DNA of 64,000 bases, from positions 1-64,000 of IMG/VR virus record IMGVR_UViG_3300042317_001691; one strand, given 5' to 3'. A program made the position numbers and the translations under genes. Below are positions 8,014-17,892 of this stretch, piece by piece (position 1 is the first letter of the stretch; each line of letters begins with the position of its first letter). The stretch comes from a virus. Its lineage: Duplodnaviria > Caudoviricetes. Below the pieces are notes generated by a model, which was not told the origin of the DNA, did not search any database, and saw only the letters and a program-made list of their open reading frames with translations.

Positions 8014-8998
8014 ATCTAATCCTTATGTCCATTTTACACAATTTATATGGATCTGTAGTTCCAGCATAAGACATTGCTGATTTAATCCCTTGCTCGAATC
8101 TTTTCATTAAATCAATCATTGAGTCTTCAAAAACAAATAAAGTGGTTTGTTTCCCTTCCACGTATTTATCTTCGCCTTTATTTTGGGCGGAAGCTGAACC
8201 ATAAAATAATTTATATTCTTTCTTTTCGCTTGAGTATGGAGCTGGACTATCAAAACACGAAGCAAAAAGAGAACCAACCATAATTAATGAAGCCCCAGCG
8301 TGTAATGCTTTGCAAACATCACCGACTTCCCTAATTTGACCGTCTGCAATGATTGGAACTTTTCTTGCGATTACTGAATTGTTCATTGCTTCAGAAATCT
8401 CTTTGACGAGGGAGTACATTGGAGTTCCAACTCCAGTTGTATTATAGGTAGTACAAGCGTATCCCATTGAAAGTCCAACCTTGATAATGTCTGCGCCCCA
8501 ATCAACTAAATCTTTTGCTCCTTCTACTGAACCCACATTACCTACAATTAGGATTGGCTTCTTCTTCCAAGGAAGAGAGTGAAAGTATTTGCAGATTTTT
8601 TTAACATTTAAATTATGTCCATGAGCGACATCAATTGTTACATAGTGAACTGGAGCGCAAGAATCAGCAAGTTCTTCAAGAAATTGATAATCTTTTTCCT
8701 TCACCCCGACACTAATACTAACTAAAAGTTCGCCGTTTTTCTTTACGATCCAGTTCAAAATGTCTTCATAATCATAAAATCTATGAAGAATATAAAAGTA
8801 TCCAGCCCTAGCTAATTCTTCTGCTTTCTCAAAAGAAATAGTACAAGCCATGTTTGATGGTAAAACTGGATTATTGAATAACCAATGAGAAGAACTAAAC
8901 GACGGCAATTTAATCTTTGTAGAGAGTTCGTCTCTAGATAAGACTTCTGAATAATTTGGAACTAATATTACGTCTCTGTATGACAGTGCTAATTTCAT
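8006..8998 (-). CDS. guaC: GMP reductase (IMPDH/GMPR family)
   Basis: TIDVAHGH, GNV, IIKVG..G.ACTT...TGVG, IIADG.IR..GDVCKAL, FYGSAS motifs; no CBS domains. Confidence 0.85.
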   Translation of the reverse strand: MKLALSYRDVILVPNYSEVLSRDELSTKIKLPSFSSSHWLFNNPVLPSNMACTISFEKAEELARAGYFYILHRFYDYEDILNWIVKKNGELLVSISVGVKEKDYQFLEELADSCAPVHYVTIDVAHGHNLNVKKICKYFHSLPWKKKPILIVGNVGSVEGAKDLVDWGADIIKVGLSMGYACTTYNTTGVGTPMYSLVKEISEAMNNSVIARKVPIIADGQIREVGDVCKALHAGASLIMVGSLFASCFDSPAPYSSEKKEYKLFYGSASAQNKGEDKYVEGKQTTLFVFEDSMIDLMKRFEQGIKSAMSYAGTTDPYKLCKMDIRIRYV

Positions 8999-9249
8999 GA
9001 TAATTTACTAATTAAAATACAAAGATTTCCTAAAGAATCTCCAACTACGCAATAACCCTCCAGTAAGATTCCATCTTTTGATAACGTCACTCTTGGGCCA
9101 ACATTCATAAAAATTTCTTGATGTTCTTTTATCTTAAAGACAAAAGCTCCTGCGGCACTTTCCAAGGTAACATTTGAAAATTCTTTATCTAATAAATCTG
9201 AAAAAATTTTATTTGCCCCGACGATTTTTATATCTGCTATTTTGTCCAT
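8995..9249 (-). CDS. Hypothetical protein
   Basis: ORF with ATGA overlap to the next gene. Confidence 0.6.
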   Translation of the reverse strand: MDKIADIKIVGANKIFSDLLDKEFSNVTLESAAGAFVFKIKEHQEIFMNVGPRVTLSKDGILLEGYCVVGDSLGNLCILISKLS

Positions 9250-9749
9250 ATGTAAGTTTTCATACTATTACAGATGTCTTCCATTTTAATCAATGAAATT
9301 TCATCTTTTCTACCATCTCTAGTATATTTTGCATACAAGGCTTCTTTGGACGAAGAGACTTTCTTGTTTTGAACTATTCTTTCGCACAAGGTAACAAGAT
9401 TCTTTCTGTTTATAATAAGAAAATCAGACTCTCTTTCAAAAGCAATGTAGTCAGCCGCGCCGTAAAGCCAACCATCTGCCCCAGCCACATTTTTAAATTC
9501 GACCCAAATCAGGTCGTCTGCAGTTAGCGAGTCTGATCTTGAAATTTTCTTTCGAGCTTTAACGTCAAAGGTATAAATTTTTTTGTTTTTATCTTCTACG
9601 AAGAAATCAATATGAGAAAGCTGCTGTCTTTTTGAAGCGTCTTTAACTAAAAATCCTTTTGATAGCGCAATTTTTTTAAATGTATTTTCCGCAAGATCGG
9701 AGTCTTTTTGATTTTGCCCAGTGTGATCGAAGCGGTTTCTGTACCCCAT
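9237..9749 (-). CDS. PD-(D/E)XK-like nuclease-fold protein
   Basis: HIDFFV...TFDVKARKK...IWVEFKN...GWLYG pattern. Confidence 0.6.
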   Translation of the reverse strand: MGYRNRFDHTGQNQKDSDLAENTFKKIALSKGFLVKDASKRQQLSHIDFFVEDKNKKIYTFDVKARKKISRSDSLTADDLIWVEFKNVAGADGWLYGAADYIAFERESDFLIINRKNLVTLCERIVQNKKVSSSKEALYAKYTRDGRKDEISLIKMEDICNSMKTYIWTK

Positions 9750-9755
9750 ATAGTA

Positions 9756-9783
9756 AGTGTAATCTTTTTTGATTAAAAGTCAA
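9756..9783 (-). promoter_or_regulatory. sigma70-like promoter; its -10 overlaps a + strand GTGTAA motif
   Basis: TTGACT-N16-TACACT in a divergent intergenic region. Confidence 0.4.
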
Positions 9784-9801
9784 ATCCTATTATTATAAAT
9801 T

Positions 9802-10836
9802 ATGACAATTTCTAGAGATGAACTGAGTCTTCAAGCAAGAAGGGAGTTGGGAAAATCTTTTATTGAGTTGGAGCCAAGCGCAATTTTAGAATTTTATGAA
9901 ATGTATTTTGATGTAGATCAAGAGCCCTTTAGATTCCATTCTGGAACAAATGGTTTAACAAAAGATATTATTTGGTCTGGAAAAAAATACTTCGCTTCAG
10001 CAATTGAAGTGGAAGGTTTTGAGGCAAACATACTTGGCCGCTTGCCAAGACCCAAGGTGACAGTAGCAAATACGGATTCTATTCTTTCTAACATTCTAAG
10101 AGATTATTCTGATTTTAGAAATGGAAAATTTGTTAGAATAAGAGTGTTTTTAAAAAATATAGATAACGAAAATTTTGATGAAAATCAAAATCCATTCGGC
10201 ACTCCAAATCCTTTGAGTTATATTTCAAAGGAAAAATATATAGTTTCTCAAAAATTAATTGAAAATAAAGTATTGCTTCAGTTTGAATTAATCAGTCCGT
10301 TTGATTTGGAAAGTTTAGAAACTGCAACTCGCGCAATTTATGGAAGATATTGTTATTGGCAATATAGGGGAACTGGATGTGGTTATCAAGGAGATTTAAT
10401 TTGTCAGGAAAATGATAAAAATTTTTCTCAATTACCATTGGGTCGGTTAAAAATAAACTCAAGCAAATTTAAAAATGGAACATTTGAAGAAACAATTAAG
10501 CAATATTTATGGCTAGAAGATAAAAATTATGTCAAAGGGGATATAGTTTATATAAGTAATATAGATTTTAATGGATTTAAAGATCCACCAAGAACTTGGT
10601 TTGTTTGCGTTGGTGATCATACTTCTTCAAGATTTTTAAGCCCAAATAAGTCGCCCGATCTTTGGCAAAAAGATGGTTGTTCAAAAACTATAAATGCTTG
10701 CAAAAAAAGATTTCAATCTGCAGTTGCTGTATATATTGGGGGTATTGAGTATTTACCAAATAATGATTTTGATACCGTAAATGGAATTTTGCCATTTGGC
10801 GGCTTCCCTGGAACCGATAGATTCCAATATGAATAA
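9802..10836 (+). CDS. Minor tail protein, lambda gpL-like
   Basis: GFE..G.LPRPKVTVAN; C-terminal Cys set CYWQYRGTGC...C...CSKTINACKKRF and LPFGGFPG. Confidence 0.88.
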   Translation: MTISRDELSLQARRELGKSFIELEPSAILEFYEMYFDVDQEPFRFHSGTNGLTKDIIWSGKKYFASAIEVEGFEANILGRLPRPKVTVANTDSILSNILRDYSDFRNGKFVRIRVFLKNIDNENFDENQNPFGTPNPLSYISKEKYIVSQKLIENKVLLQFELISPFDLESLETATRAIYGRYCYWQYRGTGCGYQGDLICQENDKNFSQLPLGRLKINSSKFKNGTFEETIKQYLWLEDKNYVKGDIVYISNIDFNGFKDPPRTWFVCVGDHTSSRFLSPNKSPDLWQKDGCSKTINACKKRFQSAVAVYIGGIEYLPNNDFDTVNGILPFGGFPGTDRFQYE

Positions 10837-11233
10837 AATATCAATTTTTAAAGAAATTGACGCAATTGTTCCATTTTTAAAAAACGAAGGGGAAAGAAAT
10901 TTATTTTGCGAAGTTTGCGGATTAATTGGTTTAACAGAAAATAATAAATTTATCTATCAAAGAATGCAAAACCGCTCAAAGGAGCCAGATAAATATTTTA
11001 TAATAGATCCTTATGATTATTTGTCTTTCATAAAAGAAAATAAAATTTTAGGTATTTTTCATAGCCACTTGTCTGGCGATGAATTTGCGTCTTTATTTGA
11101 CGAAAGAACTTCGGAAAATTGCTGCCTTCCATTTATTATTTATTCAATAACAACTGAAAAATTTTTTATTTATGAACCTCAATACAAGGATTATGATGTA
11201 AATATTATACAAAGGTTAAAGGAGAAAATGTGA
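10829..11233 (+). CDS. Tail assembly protein, gpK-like JAB/MPN domain only
   Basis: EVCGLI and JAMM motif HSHx7SxxD; located between gpL and gpI. Confidence 0.82.
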   Translation: MNKISIFKEIDAIVPFLKNEGERNLFCEVCGLIGLTENNKFIYQRMQNRSKEPDKYFIIDPYDYLSFIKENKILGIFHSHLSGDEFASLFDERTSENCCLPFIIYSITTEKFFIYEPQYKDYDVNIIQRLKEKM

Positions 11234-11895
11234 CGACGGTTAAATTTCATGGTTTTTTAAAAAAGAAATACGGAGATTCAGTTAAACTAAATCTTGGTAG
11301 AATTACCGATTTGGTTAGCGCCATTGATTCTATAAAAAAAGATTTTAGAAAAACTTTAAATGAACTTTCTCAAAATGGGAAGCATTACTCTGTAATTGCT
11401 TCTGAGATGGGAAAGGTATTAGAAGTGGTTCCAACGGTGATAGGATTTGGAAAATGGGCAATTCTCATAGCAGCAGTAATTTTAATGGTTGTTGGTATTG
11501 GGTGGGCAATAATGGCGGGTTTTACATTAGCAATGCTTGCTGGTGTGGGCACTGCTGCAACATTGGCATCAATGACTGCTGGTTTTTTAATAATGACTGG
11601 AATTAGTTTGGCAGTGACTGCATTAACGATGCCCAAACCAAATGCTCCGCCTAAACAAGGTAGGGCCACAGGAGGAGCTACTCAAACTTCATCCGCCAGA
11701 GCAAAATCTTATCTTTTTGACACAAGTCAAAACAGAGCTTTTCAAGGCGGAATAATTCCAATAGGTTATGGAAAATATAAAATTGCAAGCAAAATCATAA
11801 ATATTTCTATAAAAAATTACGAACAATCGATTAATTTTGAAAAAAGCTTGCAAGAAGATTTTTTAGAAACATCTAACTTAGGCATAAATGACTAA
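11230..11895 (+). CDS. Tail assembly protein, gpI-like (copy 1)
   Basis: TVKFHGFL..KYG start, hydrophobic Gly/Ala-rich middle, SYLF...QG.IPIGYG. Confidence 0.8.
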   Translation: MTTVKFHGFLKKKYGDSVKLNLGRITDLVSAIDSIKKDFRKTLNELSQNGKHYSVIASEMGKVLEVVPTVIGFGKWAILIAAVILMVVGIGWAIMAGFTLAMLAGVGTAATLASMTAGFLIMTGISLAVTALTMPKPNAPPKQGRATGGATQTSSARAKSYLFDTSQNRAFQGGIIPIGYGKYKIASKIINISIKNYEQSINFEKSLQEDFLETSNLGIND

Positions 11896-12538
11896 TATAA
11901 TCATTAAAGGCGCTCTTGGTAAAAAATTTGGAGAATTTTTTAAATTTAAAATAAAAAATCCATTGGAAGCTTTTAGAGCTATAGAAGTAAATAGAAGTGG
12001 TTTTTTTGTCGAGTTGAAAAAATTAAGTCAAATGGGCTGCGACTATGCCATTATAGTTGATGGCGAAATTATAAAAGATAAACATGAATTAGAAGAGAAT
12101 AAAAAAATAAAAACTATTTTTATTATTCCTACGATAATTGGAACTGGTTTTTTAGCTCCGATGATTGCTGCTGCAATAGGTCTTGCGGGCAGTAAAATTG
12201 CTATTTTTGTAATAGGAACAGTTCTACAAACAGCTTTTTCGTTAGGTGTTTCGTTTTTAATTTCAAGTTTGCAAAAAACGGCAGCTCCGCCACAACAAAA
12301 AATTGCAGTTGGTGGTGCTACTGCTGCAGTTGAAGCAAGGGGAAAATCTTTTATTTTTTCCAATTCTGAAAATACTGCGAAACAAGGTTCTTCAATTCCA
12401 GTTGGTTATGGAAAATTTAAAGTGAATAGTAATGTGGTTGCAATAAATATTAAAAATTACAACTCAAATATCACTAATGTAATTGAATTTACGCAGTTGC
12501 AACAATCATCTTTTATTTCTGATTTCATAGCAAATTAA
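11888..12538 (+). CDS. Tail assembly protein, gpI-like (copy 2)
   Basis: IIIKGALGKKFG start, SFIFS..N...QGSSIPVGYG. Confidence 0.8.
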   Translation: MTNIIIKGALGKKFGEFFKFKIKNPLEAFRAIEVNRSGFFVELKKLSQMGCDYAIIVDGEIIKDKHELEENKKIKTIFIIPTIIGTGFLAPMIAAAIGLAGSKIAIFVIGTVLQTAFSLGVSFLISSLQKTAAPPQQKIAVGGATAAVEARGKSFIFSNSENTAKQGSSIPVGYGKFKVNSNVVAINIKNYNSNITNVIEFTQLQQSSFISDFIAN

Positions 12539-15500
12539 TGAAACATTTTCTAAATAAATCAAAATTAACGATAATGGGAGCTGGAGGTGGTGGTCCGCCA
12601 GCGCCCCCACCTCCTGTTGTAGTTCAATTTCCTAGCGTTTTGACGCCTCCTCAAATGGGAGACACAAATGCAATAAGTTCTTTCTCTTATGCCGAAATGA
12701 TAGACCTTTTGTCTGATGGTCCAATTGAAGGTTTAATAAATAGAGATGGCAAAAAACTATATGACGAAAATATATACGAAGGCATTTATTTAAATGACAC
12801 GCCAATAAAAGAAAGTTCCGCTAGAGATATTCAGTTTATACCAATGGGTTTTATAAAGGACAAATTAAAATCCTTGTGGAAGATAAACGAACAAGAGTAT
12901 AGAACTTTAACAAAAGATCAAGAATTAAATTTACTTATAACCGAGCAAGAAGTTTCTATTTTTGATAAAAATTTTACAGGCCCAATTCAAATTACTAGCT
13001 ATCATCCAGATAATTCAGTTTTAAAATTTATTGAATTAACAACAAAAAATTTTGATTCAATTGAATTATTAAATAGGGCTTTTGAATTAATACCAGTAAA
13101 ACAGGAAAAATTATTTTTAACAAAGATAACTATTCCTAGAATAAGAGCATTTTTAAATTCAAATTTATTTGATTCGACTGAAGGCGGGGTAAATCAGGAT
13201 TATCCAATAAATTTGGATATTCCAAATTTAGGTAATCATTTTTATTTCTCTATAGGTTCAGAAAATTTAAATTCGTTTAATTATTTTGAGATGCCTAGAA
13301 CTTTTTTGAGAAAAAGTTATCAAACTCCTAGCGGCAAAAATACAGTAATTAAAAATTTAATTTCTGTAGATTCAAATTTTCTTCAGTATGACTTTCTAAA
13401 TATAGAAATTTTCATATGGTCGATATATGATGAAGAATTGGGAATAAAAAAAATAGAGGACGCTTTAGATAGATATTTTAATTATATATATGTTTATCAA
13501 AATAGAGAATCTTTATTTAATTACAATTTAGTTCAAGCTGAATTTAAAAATGGCTCTGAAATTCAAGCTCCTCTTAGATATTTTAAGAATGTACAAATTG
13601 ACACTGAATACAATAAAGAACTAGTTGGACCATTTAAAATTAAAAACGCACTATCTCCCATAAATAGTGCATTTGCTCCAGGCGGAGTTGCTAGAATTTG
13701 CGATTATGCAGGCGGTGGATTTTCAAACTTAACTGATAATGATATAAAAAATGAAACTAGTGATGACATAAGATGGGTTAAAAATTGGCCAGTTGAATAT
13801 AGGAAAAATGGAAACCCATTTATTGCGAGAAGCGTAAGATTCAATTATGCAATTTATGATAAAACTTCTGCTCAAAAAAGTGAACAAAAAGCGGTCCCAG
13901 TTACTCATTATATAAATAATAATAATGTTGAAGACATTTATGTAACTATTTCAGTAAATGCATTAAATGACATGGCTCATATTGACATGAGTACTTCTAC
14001 TAGTGCGCATACTACATTAGGCATTACAAAATCTGAACAACTTGATGATGTCCCTAAAGGATTTAAAACTTATGGAGACATATTGAATCCAAATAGATAT
14101 TCTTTTTCTAGCAATAGCAGTAAAGTATTGTTAGCTGTTGATGATGGAACATATTTTAATATAATTGGAGGTGGTGACGATATTACAATTGTAAATACTT
14201 GCATTAGTGAGGTTATTAATAAATCAAAAACATATTACGATGCCATATCAGAATTTAGTAAAATTTATACTAAAAATAGTAACGTATCAACAGATAAAAC
14301 TTTAGAAGAACTTTTTTCTCCAAAGTATTCTTTGGCAACAATGTCAAATGGTTTTACGTTAAAAAATTATCTCATACCTACACAATATTGCGCATTACAA
14401 GGAGGATTTAGAGTATTAAAAAACCAATTAGACCCTTCTTCATTTGATGCGAAATTAAAGACAAAAAACGATGATAATTCTTTATTTTATGAATTTGGAC
14501 TAAGGGACAGAGATTTAGTTTCCACCGTTGTCACAAGTGCTTATTCTGCGACTAGTACTACTACAAATTTTGGCATTCTTCCCGCTGGAAATACTCTTGC
14601 AACAATTACAGTAAATTATAAAACTGCAGCCACTTCAAGTACTAGTACTAGATATGTTATATCGACCAAAATAAATTCAATTATTCCTTGGCACGAAATT
14701 TTTGCATCTTGGCAATTTTCTACAACAAATTATAGAATTGGATCTTTGGCCGAAAATTTGACAAGTTATCACGCCTTATTCTCTCCTAATAAATATATAA
14801 ATATATATAACTATATAGTTTATCCATTTTTGAAAATACCAGCAGTAAATGGAGCAAGAAGCAGCACTTCTATTCAAGACATTTTTTTAATTGGTTTAAA
14901 TAAAGCTTACCTTGAACAACAAACTTCATTTTGGAAAAAAGTTTCTCAAGGAAATGCTTACTATTTAAGTTTAGACGCTTTGGAAAATTTGCTTGAAGAA
15001 TTTTCATTAAAAAATATAAATTTATTTGATTATTATACATACGGCAGTACAAGCGTTGTAAAAACAACATCAATTACAAATTATTCCTTAACAAAATTAT
15101 TAGAAAATAATTTAATTAAATTTGAAAATGGAAAATTATTGAATGTTTCAAATATTTATAGTGTCACCTTTACTGATGTTTCACAAGATAAAACTGATTC
15201 TTTATATGCATCAAATCTAGCTAGTAATAAAAATTTTTACAATGATGTAAATATTTATTTATATAATAATTCTTTTTCTTCGATAACTCAAAAAGCTAAA
15301 ATACTTACGGCTTCAAGTATTTTATTTTCTAATTTAGATTACGCTTATGGTGAATCAGCGTTTCATGCGGATACAATTATAACTTATACTTTATTTATTG
15401 ATTCGGCTACTTATTTAGAAAATAAAGTGACTAATGGGTCAACTTTTTCAGAATTTAAATCTATAGATGGGAGTTGGATTCTTGAACCAAAAGATCCTAC

Positions 15501-17892
15501 ATTAAGTCCCTCAATACTAAGAAATGCTTGTCAAACAGTAGCAGCGGGAACAAAATTACCAACGACAGTAAAAATACAAATTGAAACTGGTTATGAAACT
15601 GAAGAAAATTCTTCTCCTTCTTTAGTTTTTGGAAATTATTTTTGTTATTGCTTTGATATATATGGTATATCTACAGATCAAGCCAGAATAGATATTGGTA
15701 GATCATCTCACCCCAGTGTTAAATCTTTTCTAGCTAACTTATCAAGATTAGCTGACCGATCTTCTAATTTTTATAAAAATCAAAAAGCTTATACTTTAGA
15801 GATAGAACATTTTAGTAATGGTTCTTTAGTAGATAGAAGTGGTTTTTTGAAAAATACTTTAGTTGGAACTTTTTTTGAAGATTTTTGTTTATCAAATATA
15901 AAAACTGGAACTCATTCAAGATTAGACGATGAAGTTTTAAATTATTTTGGTTTAGAGAAAGATTTTTGCCCTTTTTCCGCTGGTGGCCCTTCGTACGCTA
16001 AATATAATTCAATTTATAATGCTTTTGAATGTTATACTAAATATTGGGAACCTAATTTGCTTTTAGATCAAAATCATTTATATTGTGACGATCTTTATTA
16101 CGCTCCTTACACAAAATTTTCTGATCAAAATTTAACTAAAACTTACTTTACCGCAAATCTCACGGATTGTATAGAAAATCCTTATCGATATAACACTTAC
16201 AAAATAAAATGCGATACAGATCCAAATTGCTTCTTAGTTTTAAAAGTTAAAGAATTCACGATTGAATCTTTTGATAATTTAACTTTAACAGATCCAACCA
16301 TTAATTACGACGCAAAAGGTTATTATTCAAACGAATTTATAATTTTTACTCATGGCTTAATAAGTGGAAATGTAACAAATAATCAATTAACTGGATTTAA
16401 TTATTGCCCGCAATACAGGGCCATTTCGCATGAAATGGTTAAGGATTATTTCGGTTCAAACGCATATTATTCTGGATTTGATTATTTATATTATAAATCG
16501 AATCTTGGCATGACTAAAAAAAGCCTTCCTAGTAAATTTGGATCTTTTTTATCTGATGTCATATGTGAGAGTAGTACTAGTTGGCCAATCACAACTACTG
16601 TTAATGCAAATGGTGGCAATACCATTAAAGTGGATTTAAAAAATAATGTTTCTCCAAGTCATTTTTCTTCTATTTTGCATTTATCGCATGAATATATTAC
16701 TGAATCAAATACTTTTGGTTTTTCCTCTTATGGAGATTTGGCAGACAAAATAGACGCTACTAATAACTGTACCGCTTTAACTTCGAATGCTAAATTATTA
16801 ACTAGTGCAGGATTTACTGAGATAACCTCCAACTATTCAAATATTTTTAATGATTCAAATCAACAAAATTTTTGCCTTTTGCTTGAAAAGGAAATAAAAA
16901 ATGCAAAAACTTATTGTTCAGTCATTGAATTAAGTAAAACTGATATTAGAAATAAATTATGTAAATATTTTACGCATAATGAATGCGCAATTGATAATTT
17001 GTTTTTTGATGGAGCTGATCTTTATTTAAGATCAACGGCTGCTCAAAAAACTGCATTAAAAAATTTATCTCCAGACGTCAGCACTTTAGCTCAAGGCGTT
17101 AATAGAATATTTGATAAAACTTATTACGATTACATAAATAAAACTAATGCAGATGGTAGCGCAAATTTTCTGAGAGTTTTTCAAAAACAAATTCCCAATA
17201 GTTCTGCATTTGTTAATGCAATTTATATAAAAACAATTACAGAATTAAAAGATAAAAGATATGACATTTTACTTGAGAATAGGGTGCCTGGATTGCCAAT
17301 CGTCCCAATTGTTATTTATCCAAAAATTTGGATTATACATGATAAAAAATTAAATGTTATTTTAGTCATAATGAATGATTGGGGCAATGGTTCGATTGCA
17401 AATAAATATGTAAATACTCAAACTGGGCAAGGAATAGAAGATCATATAGATATAATTAGATTAGATTGGTTTAGAGAAGAAAGTCCTGCTACGATTTCAC
17501 TAGACAATATTGGTAAAACTGCGGTATCTGCTACTGTTGGGTCAGCACAAATTGTATATGCAGTGGATGAATATGGAAACCAAATGATCGATCAAGATGG
17601 AAATCTTATTCTAACATATTTACTTTCAAATGAGTATGGAGGAACTATTCTTACCGCTATAGAATTAAACAGATTAGTCGATAATTTTATAACTTCTAAA
17701 GTAGAAGTTATTAGCCGAACAGGGCCAGTTACTATAAATTGGAATGATAAAAATTATTGGCTTTTTAGTGCTGTTACATATATAGGTGATCCACCTGCTA
17801 CATTCGCAACTGTTAATGATAATAAAGAACTTTTTGTAAAAGGTTTCGTAGTTCTTTCGTGGATCGTAGATGTGCCAACTTGGGCTCCATAG
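12538..17892 (+). CDS. Tip attachment protein J-like, N-terminal part with large insertions
   Basis: EMIDLLSDGPIEGL, IYLNDTP and FKNG.E.QAPL..F are gpJ N-terminal motifs; follows gpI. Confidence 0.8.
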   Translation: MKHFLNKSKLTIMGAGGGGPPAPPPPVVVQFPSVLTPPQMGDTNAISSFSYAEMIDLLSDGPIEGLINRDGKKLYDENIYEGIYLNDTPIKESSARDIQFIPMGFIKDKLKSLWKINEQEYRTLTKDQELNLLITEQEVSIFDKNFTGPIQITSYHPDNSVLKFIELTTKNFDSIELLNRAFELIPVKQEKLFLTKITIPRIRAFLNSNLFDSTEGGVNQDYPINLDIPNLGNHFYFSIGSENLNSFNYFEMPRTFLRKSYQTPSGKNTVIKNLISVDSNFLQYDFLNIEIFIWSIYDEELGIKKIEDALDRYFNYIYVYQNRESLFNYNLVQAEFKNGSEIQAPLRYFKNVQIDTEYNKELVGPFKIKNALSPINSAFAPGGVARICDYAGGGFSNLTDNDIKNETSDDIRWVKNWPVEYRKNGNPFIARSVRFNYAIYDKTSAQKSEQKAVPVTHYINNNNVEDIYVTISVNALNDMAHIDMSTSTSAHTTLGITKSEQLDDVPKGFKTYGDILNPNRYSFSSNSSKVLLAVDDGTYFNIIGGGDDITIVNTCISEVINKSKTYYDAISEFSKIYTKNSNVSTDKTLEELFSPKYSLATMSNGFTLKNYLIPTQYCALQGGFRVLKNQLDPSSFDAKLKTKNDDNSLFYEFGLRDRDLVSTVVTSAYSATSTTTNFGILPAGNTLATITVNYKTAATSSTSTRYVISTKINSIIPWHEIFASWQFSTTNYRIGSLAENLTSYHALFSPNKYINIYNYIVYPFLKIPAVNGARSSTSIQDIFLIGLNKAYLEQQTSFWKKVSQGNAYYLSLDALENLLEEFSLKNINLFDYYTYGSTSVVKTTSITNYSLTKLLENNLIKFENGKLLNVSNIYSVTFTDVSQDKTDSLYASNLASNKNFYNDVNIYLYNNSFSSITQKAKILTASSILFSNLDYAYGESAFHADTIITYTLFIDSATYLENKVTNGSTFSEFKSIDGSWILEPKDPTLSPSILRNACQTVAAGTKLPTTVKIQIETGYETEENSSPSLVFGNYFCYCFDIYGISTDQARIDIGRSSHPSVKSFLANLSRLADRSSNFYKNQKAYTLEIEHFSNGSLVDRSGFLKNTLVGTFFEDFCLSNIKTGTHSRLDDEVLNYFGLEKDFCPFSAGGPSYAKYNSIYNAFECYTKYWEPNLLLDQNHLYCDDLYYAPYTKFSDQNLTKTYFTANLTDCIENPYRYNTYKIKCDTDPNCFLVLKVKEFTIESFDNLTLTDPTINYDAKGYYSNEFIIFTHGLISGNVTNNQLTGFNYCPQYRAISHEMVKDYFGSNAYYSGFDYLYYKSNLGMTKKSLPSKFGSFLSDVICESSTSWPITTTVNANGGNTIKVDLKNNVSPSHFSSILHLSHEYITESNTFGFSSYGDLADKIDATNNCTALTSNAKLLTSAGFTEITSNYSNIFNDSNQQNFCLLLEKEIKNAKTYCSVIELSKTDIRNKLCKYFTHNECAIDNLFFDGADLYLRSTAAQKTALKNLSPDVSTLAQGVNRIFDKTYYDYINKTNADGSANFLRVFQKQIPNSSAFVNAIYIKTITELKDKRYDILLENRVPGLPIVPIVIYPKIWIIHDKKLNVILVIMNDWGNGSIANKYVNTQTGQGIEDHIDIIRLDWFREESPATISLDNIGKTAVSATVGSAQIVYAVDEYGNQMIDQDGNLILTYLLSNEYGGTILTAIELNRLVDNFITSKVEVISRTGPVTINWNDKNYWLFSAVTYIGDPPATFATVNDNKELFVKGFVVLSWIVDVPTWAP

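Noticed and set aside
17890-17892. Amber readthrough or TAG recoding joining the two J ORFs
   Set aside because: Reading through the TAG stays in frame 1 and stops again shortly; the second ORF is in another frame; other genes read normally in code 11
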